DNA of 64,000 bases from Candidatus Microgenomates bacterium (GCA_016784385.1 JADHUT010000001.1:20547-84546); one strand, 5' to 3'. Shown: positions 55,162-64,000, numbered from the stretch's first letter. The notes: generated from the letters alone by a model not told the origin. Made by a program: numbers and translations.

Positions 55162-55425
55162 ATGGTTTCCAAAGCTTCAAAAACAACACAGGTCTCAGAA
55201 GGATTAGTGCAAAAGATAGTTGTTGATTCAGAAAAAAGACTTACTAAACAAATCGAAGAAATTGATAAAAAGAATGAAAAAAGATTTGATAAAGTCATGA
55301 ATCATTTAGATAAAATGGCTGGGGGATTTAAGAAGTTTGATGAAGAGCAGATCATGTTGTCAGGACAAATGTCTGATAGAACAGATAGAATTGAAAAACT
55401 TGAAACATTTGCCTTCTCAAATTAA
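55162..55425 (+). CDS. small coiled-coil hypothetical protein
   Basis: KRFDKVMNHLDKMAG...DRIEKLE; own TTGACA promoter. Confidence 0.7.
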   Translation: MVSKASKTTQVSEGLVQKIVVDSEKRLTKQIEEIDKKNEKRFDKVMNHLDKMAGGFKKFDEEQIMLSGQMSDRTDRIEKLETFAFSN

Positions 55426-55452
55426 AAATCTCCTGTTATAATTCTTCCTTGT

Positions 55453-56019
55453 ATGGCAACAATTAACGCTACTAGTTTAAGAGCAGGTACTGCATTTCTA
55501 TATGAAGGCAAACCTTTCAAAGTTACTAAATACTCTCTTATTAAAATGGGTAGAGGTGGAGCTACAGTAAAAGTAACTTGTGTAAACATAGAAACTGGAG
55601 CAAACATAGAACATGCTTTTTCTTCAAACCTTTCTTTTCAAAAAATTGAACTAATAAGAAATAGTTTGCAATATTTATACAAAGACGGAAAAACTGCATT
55701 TTTCATGAATCCTATTAATTACGAACAAGTTGAAGTTCCACTAACAGTTTTAGGAGATAGTATTTTTTATCTTAAAGAAGGTTCAAACGTAAATATAATG
55801 TTTTGGGATGATCGGGCAATGAGTGTTGATCTACCCCCTAAAGTAGTCTTAAAAGTTATTGAAGCAGACCCAGGAGTAAAGGGAAATTCAGCCAGTAATT
55901 TTTTAAAATCAGCTAAGCTTGAAAATGGCTTGGCTGTAAAAGTTCCGCTATTTATCAAAGTTGGAGAAATGATAAAAGTAGATACGAGAACAGGTGTATA
56001 CATAGAGAGAGCAAAATAA
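55453..56019 (+). CDS. efp: elongation factor P
   Basis: KMGRGGA, QYLY, DPGVKGNS, VPLFI, KVDTRTG. Confidence 0.96.
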   Translation: MATINATSLRAGTAFLYEGKPFKVTKYSLIKMGRGGATVKVTCVNIETGANIEHAFSSNLSFQKIELIRNSLQYLYKDGKTAFFMNPINYEQVEVPLTVLGDSIFYLKEGSNVNIMFWDDRAMSVDLPPKVVLKVIEADPGVKGNSASNFLKSAKLENGLAVKVPLFIKVGEMIKVDTRTGVYIERAK

Positions 56020-56032
56020 TTTTACAATTGTT

Positions 56033-56497
56033 TTACGACAGAAAAATCCAAAATAGAGTTGTGGCAACAGTTAAAACTTGAGTTGAAAGCCCCCAAAATA
56101 TAGTAGTATCCACCTGAATTGATTTTTGCAGTTTTATCCAATTTTTGAAAAATTTATGTCTCATTCCAAGGTAAAAGTATGGAGCTTCCAAAAGATCAGG
56201 TATCACTGATGCAAAACAACAAGCAAGTATTGTTAAAGTGTGGGCTGCACTAGATGAAGCTTGAAAGGCAATATAGCTTCCCAGTAGTAGTGATGTTGTT
56301 GCGTCGACTATGACCAAAGCTGTAGTTTTTTTTGTAGGTCTGCCGAATTTTCTTGTTTCTGTGTTTAGGTGAGGATTCCAGTGGGGAACCATGTCAAGGA
56401 AAAAATGGCTTGCAAATGAAAGGGGAATGGAAATCCATGGGTTAGGTATTTTAGTAGCGATTGCAGCGCCTAGGGCTACATGTGGAGTTTCCAGCAT
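56033..56497 (-). CDS. membrane-bound metal-dependent hydrolase-like protein
   Basis: HVALG, SHFFLDMVPHWN, IPD. Confidence 0.65.
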   Translation of the reverse strand: MLETPHVALGAAIATKIPNPWISIPLSFASHFFLDMVPHWNPHLNTETRKFGRPTKKTTALVIVDATTSLLLGSYIAFQASSSAAHTLTILACCFASVIPDLLEAPYFYLGMRHKFFKNWIKLQKSIQVDTTIFWGLSTQVLTVATTLFWIFLS

Positions 56498-56520
56498 TAG
56501 ATTATGATATTATAAAGCTC

Positions 56521-57111
56521 GTGATAATTGCAAACATATTAGGAATTTTTGTTTTTCTGTTTGTCCTTTGGCACAGGTTAAGACAGGACTACCATTTTGA
56601 AAAAACCTTCACACTAGCCTTCTATACGCTGACAGGGGTTTTGATTTCGTATTTGGTTGCAAAACAGTTTTTCCCTGAGTTCTGGTTTTGGGTAGAATCC
56701 TTGGGTGTTTTAGTTGGTTTTAGTATTGGAGTAATCAGACAAAAAATGAGAGTGTATGAAAGCTTTGAGGGAGTACTGATAGGACTCTTGATTTGGCTGT
56801 CACTCACGTTTATGGCAGATTCAGTGGTTAATGCTTCTTTGGCTTCATTTTTAGCATTTTGGATAACAGTGTTTAGTGTGTTTTTGTTTTTCTTTTTGGA
56901 TGCCCACTACAGAAGATTTTCATGGTACAAGTCTGGGAGAGTTGGTTTTTCAGGTCTTGCGGTAACAGGTATATTTTTTTTGACAAGATCAGTGGTTGCA
57001 CTTTTAAATATCGCTGTGATATCCTTGGTTGGTAGTTTAGAAGGTATCTTGTCGGGGTCATTGTCTTTCATATCTTTTTTACTACTTTTTAATCTATCTC
57101 GGAAAAAATGA
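56521..57111 (+). CDS. integral membrane protein (distant Lgt-like)
   Basis: Multiple TM segments, HYRRFSWYKSGRVGF. Confidence 0.6.
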   Translation: MIIANILGIFVFLFVLWHRLRQDYHFEKTFTLAFYTLTGVLISYLVAKQFFPEFWFWVESLGVLVGFSIGVIRQKMRVYESFEGVLIGLLIWLSLTFMADSVVNASLASFLAFWITVFSVFLFFFLDAHYRRFSWYKSGRVGFSGLAVTGIFFLTRSVVALLNIAVISLVGSLEGILSGSLSFISFLLLFNLSRKK

Positions 57112-57530
57112 AAAAAACAAAAAAACAAAATAAAAAAACACCAGTAAAAACAAAAGTTCCTAAAAATCAGATTAGGTTTCCAGCAAGACTACTCCGTCCA
57201 GTTGCCATGTTTTTGAGAGAAAATTTAAATAAAATAAACATCAGAACCAAAAATATTTCTTCAGAAGATCCATTTGTAAATACAGCAAGGATACATGACA
57301 ACGCAAGCCCCGATGCAGATGCAGAAGAGCAATTCGGCCATGCAAGAGTCACAGCTATTAAAGAAGAGCTTAACAAAAAGTCAACACAAATTAAAAAAGC
57401 TTTGAAATTTATAAAAAAAGGAAAATATGGCACTTGTGAAGATTGTCAAAAACTCATAAACACAGACAGGCTTTCAGTGGTTCCAGAAGCCACCCTTTGT
57501 GTCTCCTGCGAGAAGAAGAGAGAGAAGTAG
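57108..57530 (+). CDS. TraR/DksA C4-type zinc finger protein
   Basis: GKYGTCEDC...RLSVVPEATLCVSC. Confidence 0.88.
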   Translation: MKKTKKQNKKTPVKTKVPKNQIRFPARLLRPVAMFLRENLNKINIRTKNISSEDPFVNTARIHDNASPDADAEEQFGHARVTAIKEELNKKSTQIKKALKFIKKGKYGTCEDCQKLINTDRLSVVPEATLCVSCEKKREK

Positions 57531-57542
57531 ACACTCCTTGTA

Positions 57543-57581
57543 TTGACAGACGTTTCCTTGCTGTAGTATAATTTCCTTACT
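57543..57581 (+). promoter_or_regulatory. TA promoter with direct-repeat operator
   Basis: TTGACA-18-TATAAT-9-ATG; TTTCCTTGCT and TTTCCTTACT repeats. Confidence 0.65.
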
Positions 57582-57842
57582 ATGACATATTTAGCTACCA
57601 TAACAAGCAAAAGACAATTTACTATTCCTGTGGAAGTTTTTAAATTGGCAAAATTAAAAGCCAACCAAAAAGTTTTGGTTTCGTTAGAAGATTCGAAATT
57701 GGGGGCTTTTAAGGTGCAATCAATGAGACAATTAGTTGAGGATATGGCAGGTTCTGTTCCAGTAGCAAAAGAATACAAAGGCTTAAGTTTAAACCACATG
57801 GTTGAAAAGTCTAGAAACGATTATTATAAAAACGAAAAATGA
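57582..57842 (+). CDS. AbrB/MazE-type antitoxin
   Basis: ATITSKRQFTIP. Confidence 0.82.
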   Translation: MTYLATITSKRQFTIPVEVFKLAKLKANQKVLVSLEDSKLGAFKVQSMRQLVEDMAGSVPVAKEYKGLSLNHMVEKSRNDYYKNEK

Positions 57843-58255
57843 TTTTTATTGATACAAACTTTTTTTTGAGATATTTTTTAGATGATGTTAATTCTCAAAG
57901 CGAAGAAGCAAAAGATCTTTTTTTACGCGCTTCTGATGGAGAATTCAAACTTTTTACTTCTACAATAGTTCTTTTTGAGGTTTATTGGGTGCTTTTAGGG
58001 CAATTTAAGAAAAATAAACAGAAAATAGGAAACGTTATGGATAAATTACTAAGCATGAAATTTATCGATATAGAAAATTCAGATCTTTTAGAGAAAGCAA
58101 TGGTGTATTACAAAACAACAAATTTGGGACTTGTTGATGTTTATAATATTGTGTATTCACGAAGTAAAAATGCTAGAGAATTTAAGACATTTGATAAGGA
58201 TTTAATCAAAAAACTTCTAAAAAATAAAGAAAGCGAGAAGAAGAGAGAGAAGTAA
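57839..58255 (+). CDS. PIN-domain toxin
   Basis: IFIDTNFFLRY, VLFEVYW, LVD, TFDK. Confidence 0.88.
   Translation: MIFIDTNFFLRYFLDDVNSQSEEAKDLFLRASDGEFKLFTSTIVLFEVYWVLLGQFKKNKQKIGNVMDKLLSMKFIDIENSDLLEKAMVYYKTTNLGLVDVYNIVYSRSKNAREFKTFDKDLIKKLLKNKESEKKREK
58233..58254 (+). repeat. exact 22-bp copy of the dksA-like gene tail
   Basis: gcgagaagaagagagagaagta at 57508..57529 and 58233..58254. Confidence 0.9.
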
Positions 58256-58284
58256 AGTATAAATTGTAGTAAAATACACATAAT

Positions 58285-58998
58285 ATGCTAGATCCAACAA
58301 TTATTTTTGAAGATGAAAGTTTTTTTGTAGTGGATAAACCAACAGGCTGGATTAGTAATGACGCATCAACCACAACCACACAACCAGTAATCCAAACTTG
58401 GGTTCGTGAAAATTTTGATTATCCCTTGAAAGGGGACAAAGAATACAGAGATGGCCTAGTTCATAGACTAGACAAAGAAACATCTGGAATTTTGCTTGTG
58501 GCGAAGACTAAGCAGGTATTTGAGGCCCTCCAAGGCCAATTTAAAGAGAGAGTTGTTAAAAAGACATATGTAGCTTTGGTTCACGGCAAAGTAGAGCCCC
58601 AAGAGGGGGTAGTGGACCAGCCAGTAGGTAGACTTCCATGGAGAAAAGATAGGTTTGGAGTTTTACCGGGAGGGCGTGATGCAGTTACAAATTATAAAGT
58701 GGTTTCAAACCACACTGACAAAATTACAAATGAGCAATATTCTCTTTTAGAACTTACCCCCAAAACAGGCAGGACTCATCAGATTCGAATTCATGCAAAA
58801 CACATTGGTCATCCACTAGTTTCTGATACTTTCTACGCAGGCAGAAAGACCGCGCGAAAAGATAGAATGTGGTGTCCAAGGCTTTTCTTGCATGCACAGG
58901 GCATTAGTTTTGTGCATCCAACAAGTGGAGAATCAGTTTTTTTTAAATCCAAACTACCATTCGATCTGAAAACCTCTTTACAGAAGCGTGAAAAGTAG
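58285..58998 (+). CDS. RluA-family pseudouridine synthase
   Basis: VDKPTG, VHRLDKETSG, TGRTHQIR, LFLHA. Confidence 0.94.
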   Translation: MLDPTIIFEDESFFVVDKPTGWISNDASTTTTQPVIQTWVRENFDYPLKGDKEYRDGLVHRLDKETSGILLVAKTKQVFEALQGQFKERVVKKTYVALVHGKVEPQEGVVDQPVGRLPWRKDRFGVLPGGRDAVTNYKVVSNHTDKITNEQYSLLELTPKTGRTHQIRIHAKHIGHPLVSDTFYAGRKTARKDRMWCPRLFLHAQGISFVHPTSGESVFFKSKLPFDLKTSLQKREK

Positions 58999-59021
58999 CT
59001 TACACTGTTAGATATACTTTA

Positions 59022-60698
59022 ATGGAATTTAGTTATATATCTGCACTTTTGGTTATGGCCGGCCTTTTTGGTATTTTGGCCAAAAAAGCCAGGCAACCGC
59101 TTTTAGTAGGATATTTAATTGCAGGAGGTGTTGCTTCATATTTAGGTTTTTTTAGTGGGGGTGAGTTTGAATCTTTAGGTAAAATCGGTGTGGCACTACT
59201 TTTGTTCTTGGTGGGACTTGAAATGGATTTAAAAGAGATTCCTACTATTGGAAAAACTGCATTGATTACTGGTCTGGGGCAAATTGGGTTTACTTCTTTT
59301 TTTGGGTTTCTAATTTCAAGGGGATTGGGGTACCCAGTGATAACGTCACTGTATATTGCAGTTGCACTGACTTTTTCTTCTACCATAATAATAGTTAAGC
59401 TTCTTTCAGAAAAAAGAGATTTAGACAGTTTGTACGGGAAAATTTCTGTTGGGTTTCTTCTTGTTCAAGATTTGGTTGCAGTGTTGATTTTGATGTTCTT
59501 GGCAGGATTTCGCACAGGTAATACAGGGCTCCTTCCATTTCTATTTTTGCTAACAAAAGCAGCATTACTGTTTTTCTTGACTTGGTACTTGTCTAAAAAA
59601 ATACTTCCCGGCATTTTCGAAAAAGTAGTGGGGCATTCACACGAACTACTTTTTGTTGTGAGTATTGCATGGGCTTTAGGAATATCGGCTCTTGTGGGTG
59701 GACCACTTGGATTTAGCTTCGAAATTGGAGGATTTTTGGCAGGGCTTTCTCTTTCGAACATTTCAGAGCACTTAGGAGTTGCAAATAAAACAAGACCCCT
59801 TAGGGACTTTTTTCTTACATTGTTTTTCCTTTCTTTGGGTTCTCAACTGGTAGTTGGAGAAATTGGAACTATAATAATTCCAGCTTTGATTTTCTCAACA
59901 TTTGTTTTCATTGGAAATCCAATTATTGTAATGAGCATGCTGGGTTTTTTGGGTTACAAGAAAAGAACGTCTTTTTTAGCGTCTGTCACAGTGGCTCAAA
60001 TTTCTGAGTTTTCCTTCATTCTAATGGCAATGGGAATTAGTTTGGGACACATTGAAGGATCAGTTGCATCAACAATTATTTTAGTGGGAGCTATCACAAT
60101 GACACTTTCAACCTATCTGATAACTGGTGCTGAAAAAATATATACCAAGATAAAATCTTGGCTGACTGTATTTGAAAAACATGGTTCACCAGATGAAACA
60201 TGTTTGCATAGTGAAGAAGATTTGGACAATCACATCATTTTGATAGGGTGTGACAGAACCGGAAAAAGATTGTTACCTTTTTTCAAAAATAATGGGCACA
60301 ATTTGTTGGTGGTTGACCATGACCCAAATGTTTTTAAAAGATTATCAGCAGACAAAGTGAGAATAATCTTAGGTGATGCCACTGATGTGGAGATATTGGA
60401 ATTGTTAAATATTAAAAAATCAAAAATGTTGATTTGTACAGTATCTTCCATGTCTCAAAATCTTTCAATTCTAGAGCATGTAAAAGCCATAAAAGCGAAT
60501 ACAACTTTCATAGGTAGTGCACAAACCAGAGAAGATGCAACACATCTCTATGAAAAAGGTGCTGATTTTGTAATTGTTCCTGAGGTCTTGGCTGGGGAAT
60601 ATTTACGACACATATTCCTTTCTCATGGAGTAGCACACGAAAGATTCAAAAAAATGGGTAAGTCTCATTTTAACAGACTGATGTATGCCAAAATCTAG
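59022..60698 (+). CDS. CPA2 cation:proton antiporter with TrkA-N (Kef-like)
   Basis: LFLVGLE, FSSTIIIVK, VQD, QISEFSF, C-terminal RCK domain. Confidence 0.9.
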   Translation: MEFSYISALLVMAGLFGILAKKARQPLLVGYLIAGGVASYLGFFSGGEFESLGKIGVALLLFLVGLEMDLKEIPTIGKTALITGLGQIGFTSFFGFLISRGLGYPVITSLYIAVALTFSSTIIIVKLLSEKRDLDSLYGKISVGFLLVQDLVAVLILMFLAGFRTGNTGLLPFLFLLTKAALLFFLTWYLSKKILPGIFEKVVGHSHELLFVVSIAWALGISALVGGPLGFSFEIGGFLAGLSLSNISEHLGVANKTRPLRDFFLTLFFLSLGSQLVVGEIGTIIIPALIFSTFVFIGNPIIVMSMLGFLGYKKRTSFLASVTVAQISEFSFILMAMGISLGHIEGSVASTIILVGAITMTLSTYLITGAEKIYTKIKSWLTVFEKHGSPDETCLHSEEDLDNHIILIGCDRTGKRLLPFFKNNGHNLLVVDHDPNVFKRLSADKVRIILGDATDVEILELLNIKKSKMLICTVSSMSQNLSILEHVKAIKANTTFIGSAQTREDATHLYEKGADFVIVPEVLAGEYLRHIFLSHGVAHERFKKMGKSHFNRLMYAKI

Positions 60699-61548
60699 AA
60701 AAACTGTCAGAATAAAAAGAAAACAACGAGTACAAAAAACAAGGAAGAGTATTGGCCTTTTGTATGTTTTTGGTGTTGTTTTTATAATTTCAACTCTCTT
60801 GTTTTTTGCATTTAAATTAAGCCTTTTGGATAAGTTTTCATATGTAAAAGAAACCAAAGAGGGTGGGGCGGAAATTTTAGTATATGATCCTAAAAATACA
60901 AGTGTTGTCAGTATTTTAATTCCAGGAGAAACTCAATTGGAACTATCATTCAATTTAGGGGATTACCGACTTAAAAATGCCTGGAAGCTTTCTGAGTCAG
61001 AAGATTTGGAGGGTGTTTTAATTGTTCGTAGTTTAGTTAAAAACTTCTCGATTCCAGTTTATTTGTATAAAACTGAGAGCAAAACCAATTTAAATATTTT
61101 TCAGAGAATCAAAGTTTGGATGTTGGATAGTGGAACAGGGGGGGTGTCTGAAAGCCAATTTGACCTTGTGGATACAAGTGTACTTAAAGCCAAAAAACTT
61201 CTGGATGGAAACAGGGGATTTGTTGTGTACGGTGAAATTCCGGCGTACATAACGGTTAATTTTGAACAACAGTCATTTAGTGAATTTGTACCCATGGTTG
61301 ATATTGTTGACAAGACTGGTGATTATAAGATCTCAGATACGGTTTCAGGTGTTTTTTCTACCATGGGAGCTAAAGTTTCATCGTATTCAAAACAGCCTCC
61401 ACAAAAGCTCAATTGTGTAGTTTCTGGAAAAAATCCAGAGCAGGTAAAAATAACATCCAAGATTTTTGATTGCCACATTGGTCAGAAGCCAGAAGGGGAG
61501 AGTGATATTCGCCTAGAGATTGGCACTGATTTTGTAAATAATTTTTGA
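60685..61548 (+). CDS. membrane-anchored protein, LytR-C-like tail
   Basis: Basic N-terminus plus TM; DIRLEIGTDF terminus. Confidence 0.55.
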   Translation: MPKSRKTVRIKRKQRVQKTRKSIGLLYVFGVVFIISTLLFFAFKLSLLDKFSYVKETKEGGAEILVYDPKNTSVVSILIPGETQLELSFNLGDYRLKNAWKLSESEDLEGVLIVRSLVKNFSIPVYLYKTESKTNLNIFQRIKVWMLDSGTGGVSESQFDLVDTSVLKAKKLLDGNRGFVVYGEIPAYITVNFEQQSFSEFVPMVDIVDKTGDYKISDTVSGVFSTMGAKVSSYSKQPPQKLNCVVSGKNPEQVKITSKIFDCHIGQKPEGESDIRLEIGTDFVNNF

Positions 61549-61560
61549 TAATTTTTCAAG

Positions 61561-62253
61561 TTAGAAGCCATCTTCTTCAACCCCGGTTTCGGGTCTATCT
61601 TTGTTGACAAGGCCTGGTGGGGTATATGAGATGTACTCAATTTTTTCAGAATGAAAAGATGGGGTGTTAATAAAATCTTTTCCTCTTTCAATTTCTTTTA
61701 GAAACACTTTTATTGTTGTATTTTCGACAGATTTTACAAATACTTCATATTTATTTCCACCACTAACCAAAGTTTTGATTCTTGCAGCTAAGTCATCAGG
61801 TAGTCTGCCAATGTGCTTACCATTTGAAGTAGTAATACTGACCCTGTGTGAATGAGTATTGAGTAGCATTTTGTCTCCAGCATCCAGAGTTGCCAGGAAT
61901 TTACTGTCTCCAGGATTTAGAAGTATTACTATTTTTGTTTTTCCTGGTTCTTCTAGAAAAGTTGAAGGACCTGCAGCTTTGTCAGATGCAGTCTTCATGT
62001 TGATTTTAGTTTTTTTATATTTTACGAGTGCTTTGTTGGCAATTGCATTTGAGGGATCAATTTTAATTACCTTCTTGCAACACTTTGTGGCAGCAGCTGT
62101 CTTTCCAATTTCTGCGCTTGCGCGGGCAAGTCTATTTAAAGCGTCAACGTCTTCTTTGTTGGTTTTTAAAATTTTTTCGTTAACTTCAATTGCTTTTTCC
62201 CATTCACATTTGAGAGCTAAGTTAATTGCTTTTTGGGCAAGATTTTCATCCAT
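61561..62253 (-). CDS. TPR + HIRAN-like domain protein
   Basis: WEKAIEVN...DALNRLARA; GKHIGRLPDDLAARI...GNKYEVFV. Confidence 0.7.
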   Translation of the reverse strand: MDENLAQKAINLALKCEWEKAIEVNEKILKTNKEDVDALNRLARASAEIGKTAAATKCCKKVIKIDPSNAIANKALVKYKKTKINMKTASDKAAGPSTFLEEPGKTKIVILLNPGDSKFLATLDAGDKMLLNTHSHRVSITTSNGKHIGRLPDDLAARIKTLVSGGNKYEVFVKSVENTTIKVFLKEIERGKDFINTPSFHSEKIEYISYTPPGLVNKDRPETGVEEDGF

Positions 62254-62274
62254 GATTATAAGTAAAGAGTATAA

Positions 62275-63123
62275 GCAAAGCTTGAAAAAGTTCAAGTACG
62301 AACTTTTAATGAAGGTGATTCAGACAGTTCAAATGATGAAATACATGTATATTTCAAAGAACTGGGTTCTGTTGGTCTCACTGAAGGAATGCACAACTGG
62401 AAAGTAACCTCAACAAATGTTGCAGGAGTAACAACAACACAAAACAGTATCTTTAGTATTGACAATCAAAAACCAAACATCAAAAATCTAAACTTAGCTG
62501 GCATTGGTAATATACAAGGAACAAACACAAGCAACACATCAAACAATGTATACCACCTCCACTCCAGTAACAGACTACCAACACTCAAAGGTACTGCCAC
62601 AGACCCCTACTTTGGTTCCACAAAAACAAATCAAAATGGAATCGTGGACATTTTTGAAAAAATTGCCTCTGGTCCAAAGAGTATTACACTGCTAATGGAA
62701 AGACTGGTTAGTGGAAACAACTACACCCACTACTCAACCAAAACAATTAACTTTTCAACTCTGGTGGATACACAAGACGTGGAAAAGTACAAAGACTTCA
62801 CAATTTCCCCCTCCTTCCCTCTCATTAATGGATACTACAAAGTTACACTAACACTAACTGACATGGTTGGAAATTCGTACAAACAACCCACCTTCTTTCT
62901 CGACTTAAATTCAAACTACACCAAAACACTACTTGATACAGTTTTTGAAAAAGAAAAGAAAACAGAAAACAAAGAAAAACAACAACAAAAAGAAAAAGAA
63001 ACAGTGGAGTTTACTTTGGGTGGAGAGGGCAAAACAAACAAGACAAGTGTAATCATCTTTTCCGGTCTTGTCCTTTTGGTTGTTACTGGAGTGTGGTGGA
63101 GGAAGAAATCTAAATCTGTTTGA
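62275..63123 (+). pseudogene. probable 5'-truncated Ig-like surface protein gene
   Basis: Frame open from 62275 with first ATG at 62389 mid-domain; IDNQKP, LTDMVGN; C-terminal TM plus basic tail, no signal peptide. Confidence 0.55.
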
Positions 63124-63184
63124 AAAAGTGTTTTAATAATTTTATACTTAATTTAATAGTTCAGTTGAGATATAATACTCCTAT

Positions 63185-63895
63185 ATGTCAGGGCATAGTC
63201 ATTACGACACCATAAAAAGGCAAAAAGAGGGTAAAGATGCAAAGAGGGGTAACCTTTTTAGTAAATTATCCAAAATGATTACTATTGCCATCAAAACTGG
63301 TGGTAGTTCTAATCCAGAAACTAATTTCAAACTGAGAGTTGCAATTGATCAGGCAAAATCTTTCAACATGCCAAAAGAAAATATTGAAAGAATACTAAAG
63401 TCCGCAGAAGACAAACTTGCAAATGTTGAGGAAATTACATATGAAGGGTATGGTCCTCAAAGTGTGTCAGTTATAGTAGAAACTGCAACAGACAATAAAA
63501 ACAGAACTGCGCAGGAAGTTAAAGGAATGTTTGAAAAAGCGGGGGGGAGTATGGGTGGTCCTGGCTCAGTTTCTTTTAATTTTGAAAGCAAAGGCTATAT
63601 GTTACTTAAAAAAACTGACGATGTAGAAACACAAACTCTGGAATTAATAGATCTTGGGGTAGAAGACCTGGAAGAAGTTGATGATGGTTTGGAGGTATTT
63701 GTTCCTTCCAATTTACTTCGTGATGTACGGGAAAAAATTCAGACGGCTGGCTTTGAAATTTTGAAGATGGAACTTAAAATGGTACCTAAAAACTATATAG
63801 AAATTGAAAACGAAGACAAAAAACAAAAAGTAATCAATTTTTTGGAAACCTTGGAAGAACACGACGATGTTCAAAGGGTATTTTCAAATTTTTGA
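63185..63895 (+). CDS. YebC/PmpR family protein
   Basis: MSGHSH, MPKENIER, YEGYGP, TDNKNRT, DDVQRVFSN. Confidence 0.95.
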   Translation: MSGHSHYDTIKRQKEGKDAKRGNLFSKLSKMITIAIKTGGSSNPETNFKLRVAIDQAKSFNMPKENIERILKSAEDKLANVEEITYEGYGPQSVSVIVETATDNKNRTAQEVKGMFEKAGGSMGGPGSVSFNFESKGYMLLKKTDDVETQTLELIDLGVEDLEEVDDGLEVFVPSNLLRDVREKIQTAGFEILKMELKMVPKNYIEIENEDKKQKVINFLETLEEHDDVQRVFSNF

Positions 63896-63907
63896 TACAA
63901 TAACCGT

Positions 63908-64000
63908 ATGTCAAAAAGATTTAGGTTTATACTGACTTCTACAATCCTTTCAGTTGGATTTATAATAATTCAATTTTTACAGGATTCGTACAAATTTCCC
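63908..64000 (+). CDS. partial membrane protein (runs off the window)
   Basis: MSKRFRFILTSTILSVGFIIIQFLQDSYKFP... Confidence 0.5.
   Translation, partial: MSKRFRFILTSTILSVGFIIIQFLQDSYKFP

Noticed and set aside
1-64000. Alternative genetic code (UGA=Gly), inteins, tRNA introns, prophage
   Set aside because: Conserved genes end at TGA at expected lengths, dnaB and topA are uninterrupted, tRNAs are contiguous, and no phage structural genes are seen

Overview
An AT-rich, gene-dense bacterial chromosome segment read in code 11, with most genes on the G-rich + strand. It looks like a Patescibacteria (CPR) genome, probably Microgenomates. That call is an inference from rpsF-ssb-rpsR and dnaB without rplI, short EF-Ts and RF1, EF-P with MGRG, tRNAs without encoded CCA, and -10 boxes directly before start codons. 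Housekeeping content covers translation, replication/repair, envelope genes and a thymidylate/folate cluster. There are six tRNAs, a probable 6S RNA, three PIN toxin-antitoxin pairs, a Fic gene and many small ORFans. Three things stand out. (1) A His T-box riboswitch terminates directly in front of tRNA-His, which is followed 3 nt later by a coupled ATP-grasp / HAD / hisS / EamA operon. (2) Diverged copies of the 3' ends of core genes (dut x3, dksA-like x2-3, cysS, ychF and others) are left behind acquired genes, forming polarised cassette arrays with no integrase nearby. (3) Two related integrase-less mini-islands at tRNA-Trp and tRNA-Tyr share a distal end in identical register. All calls were made by eye from the sequence; no searches were run.
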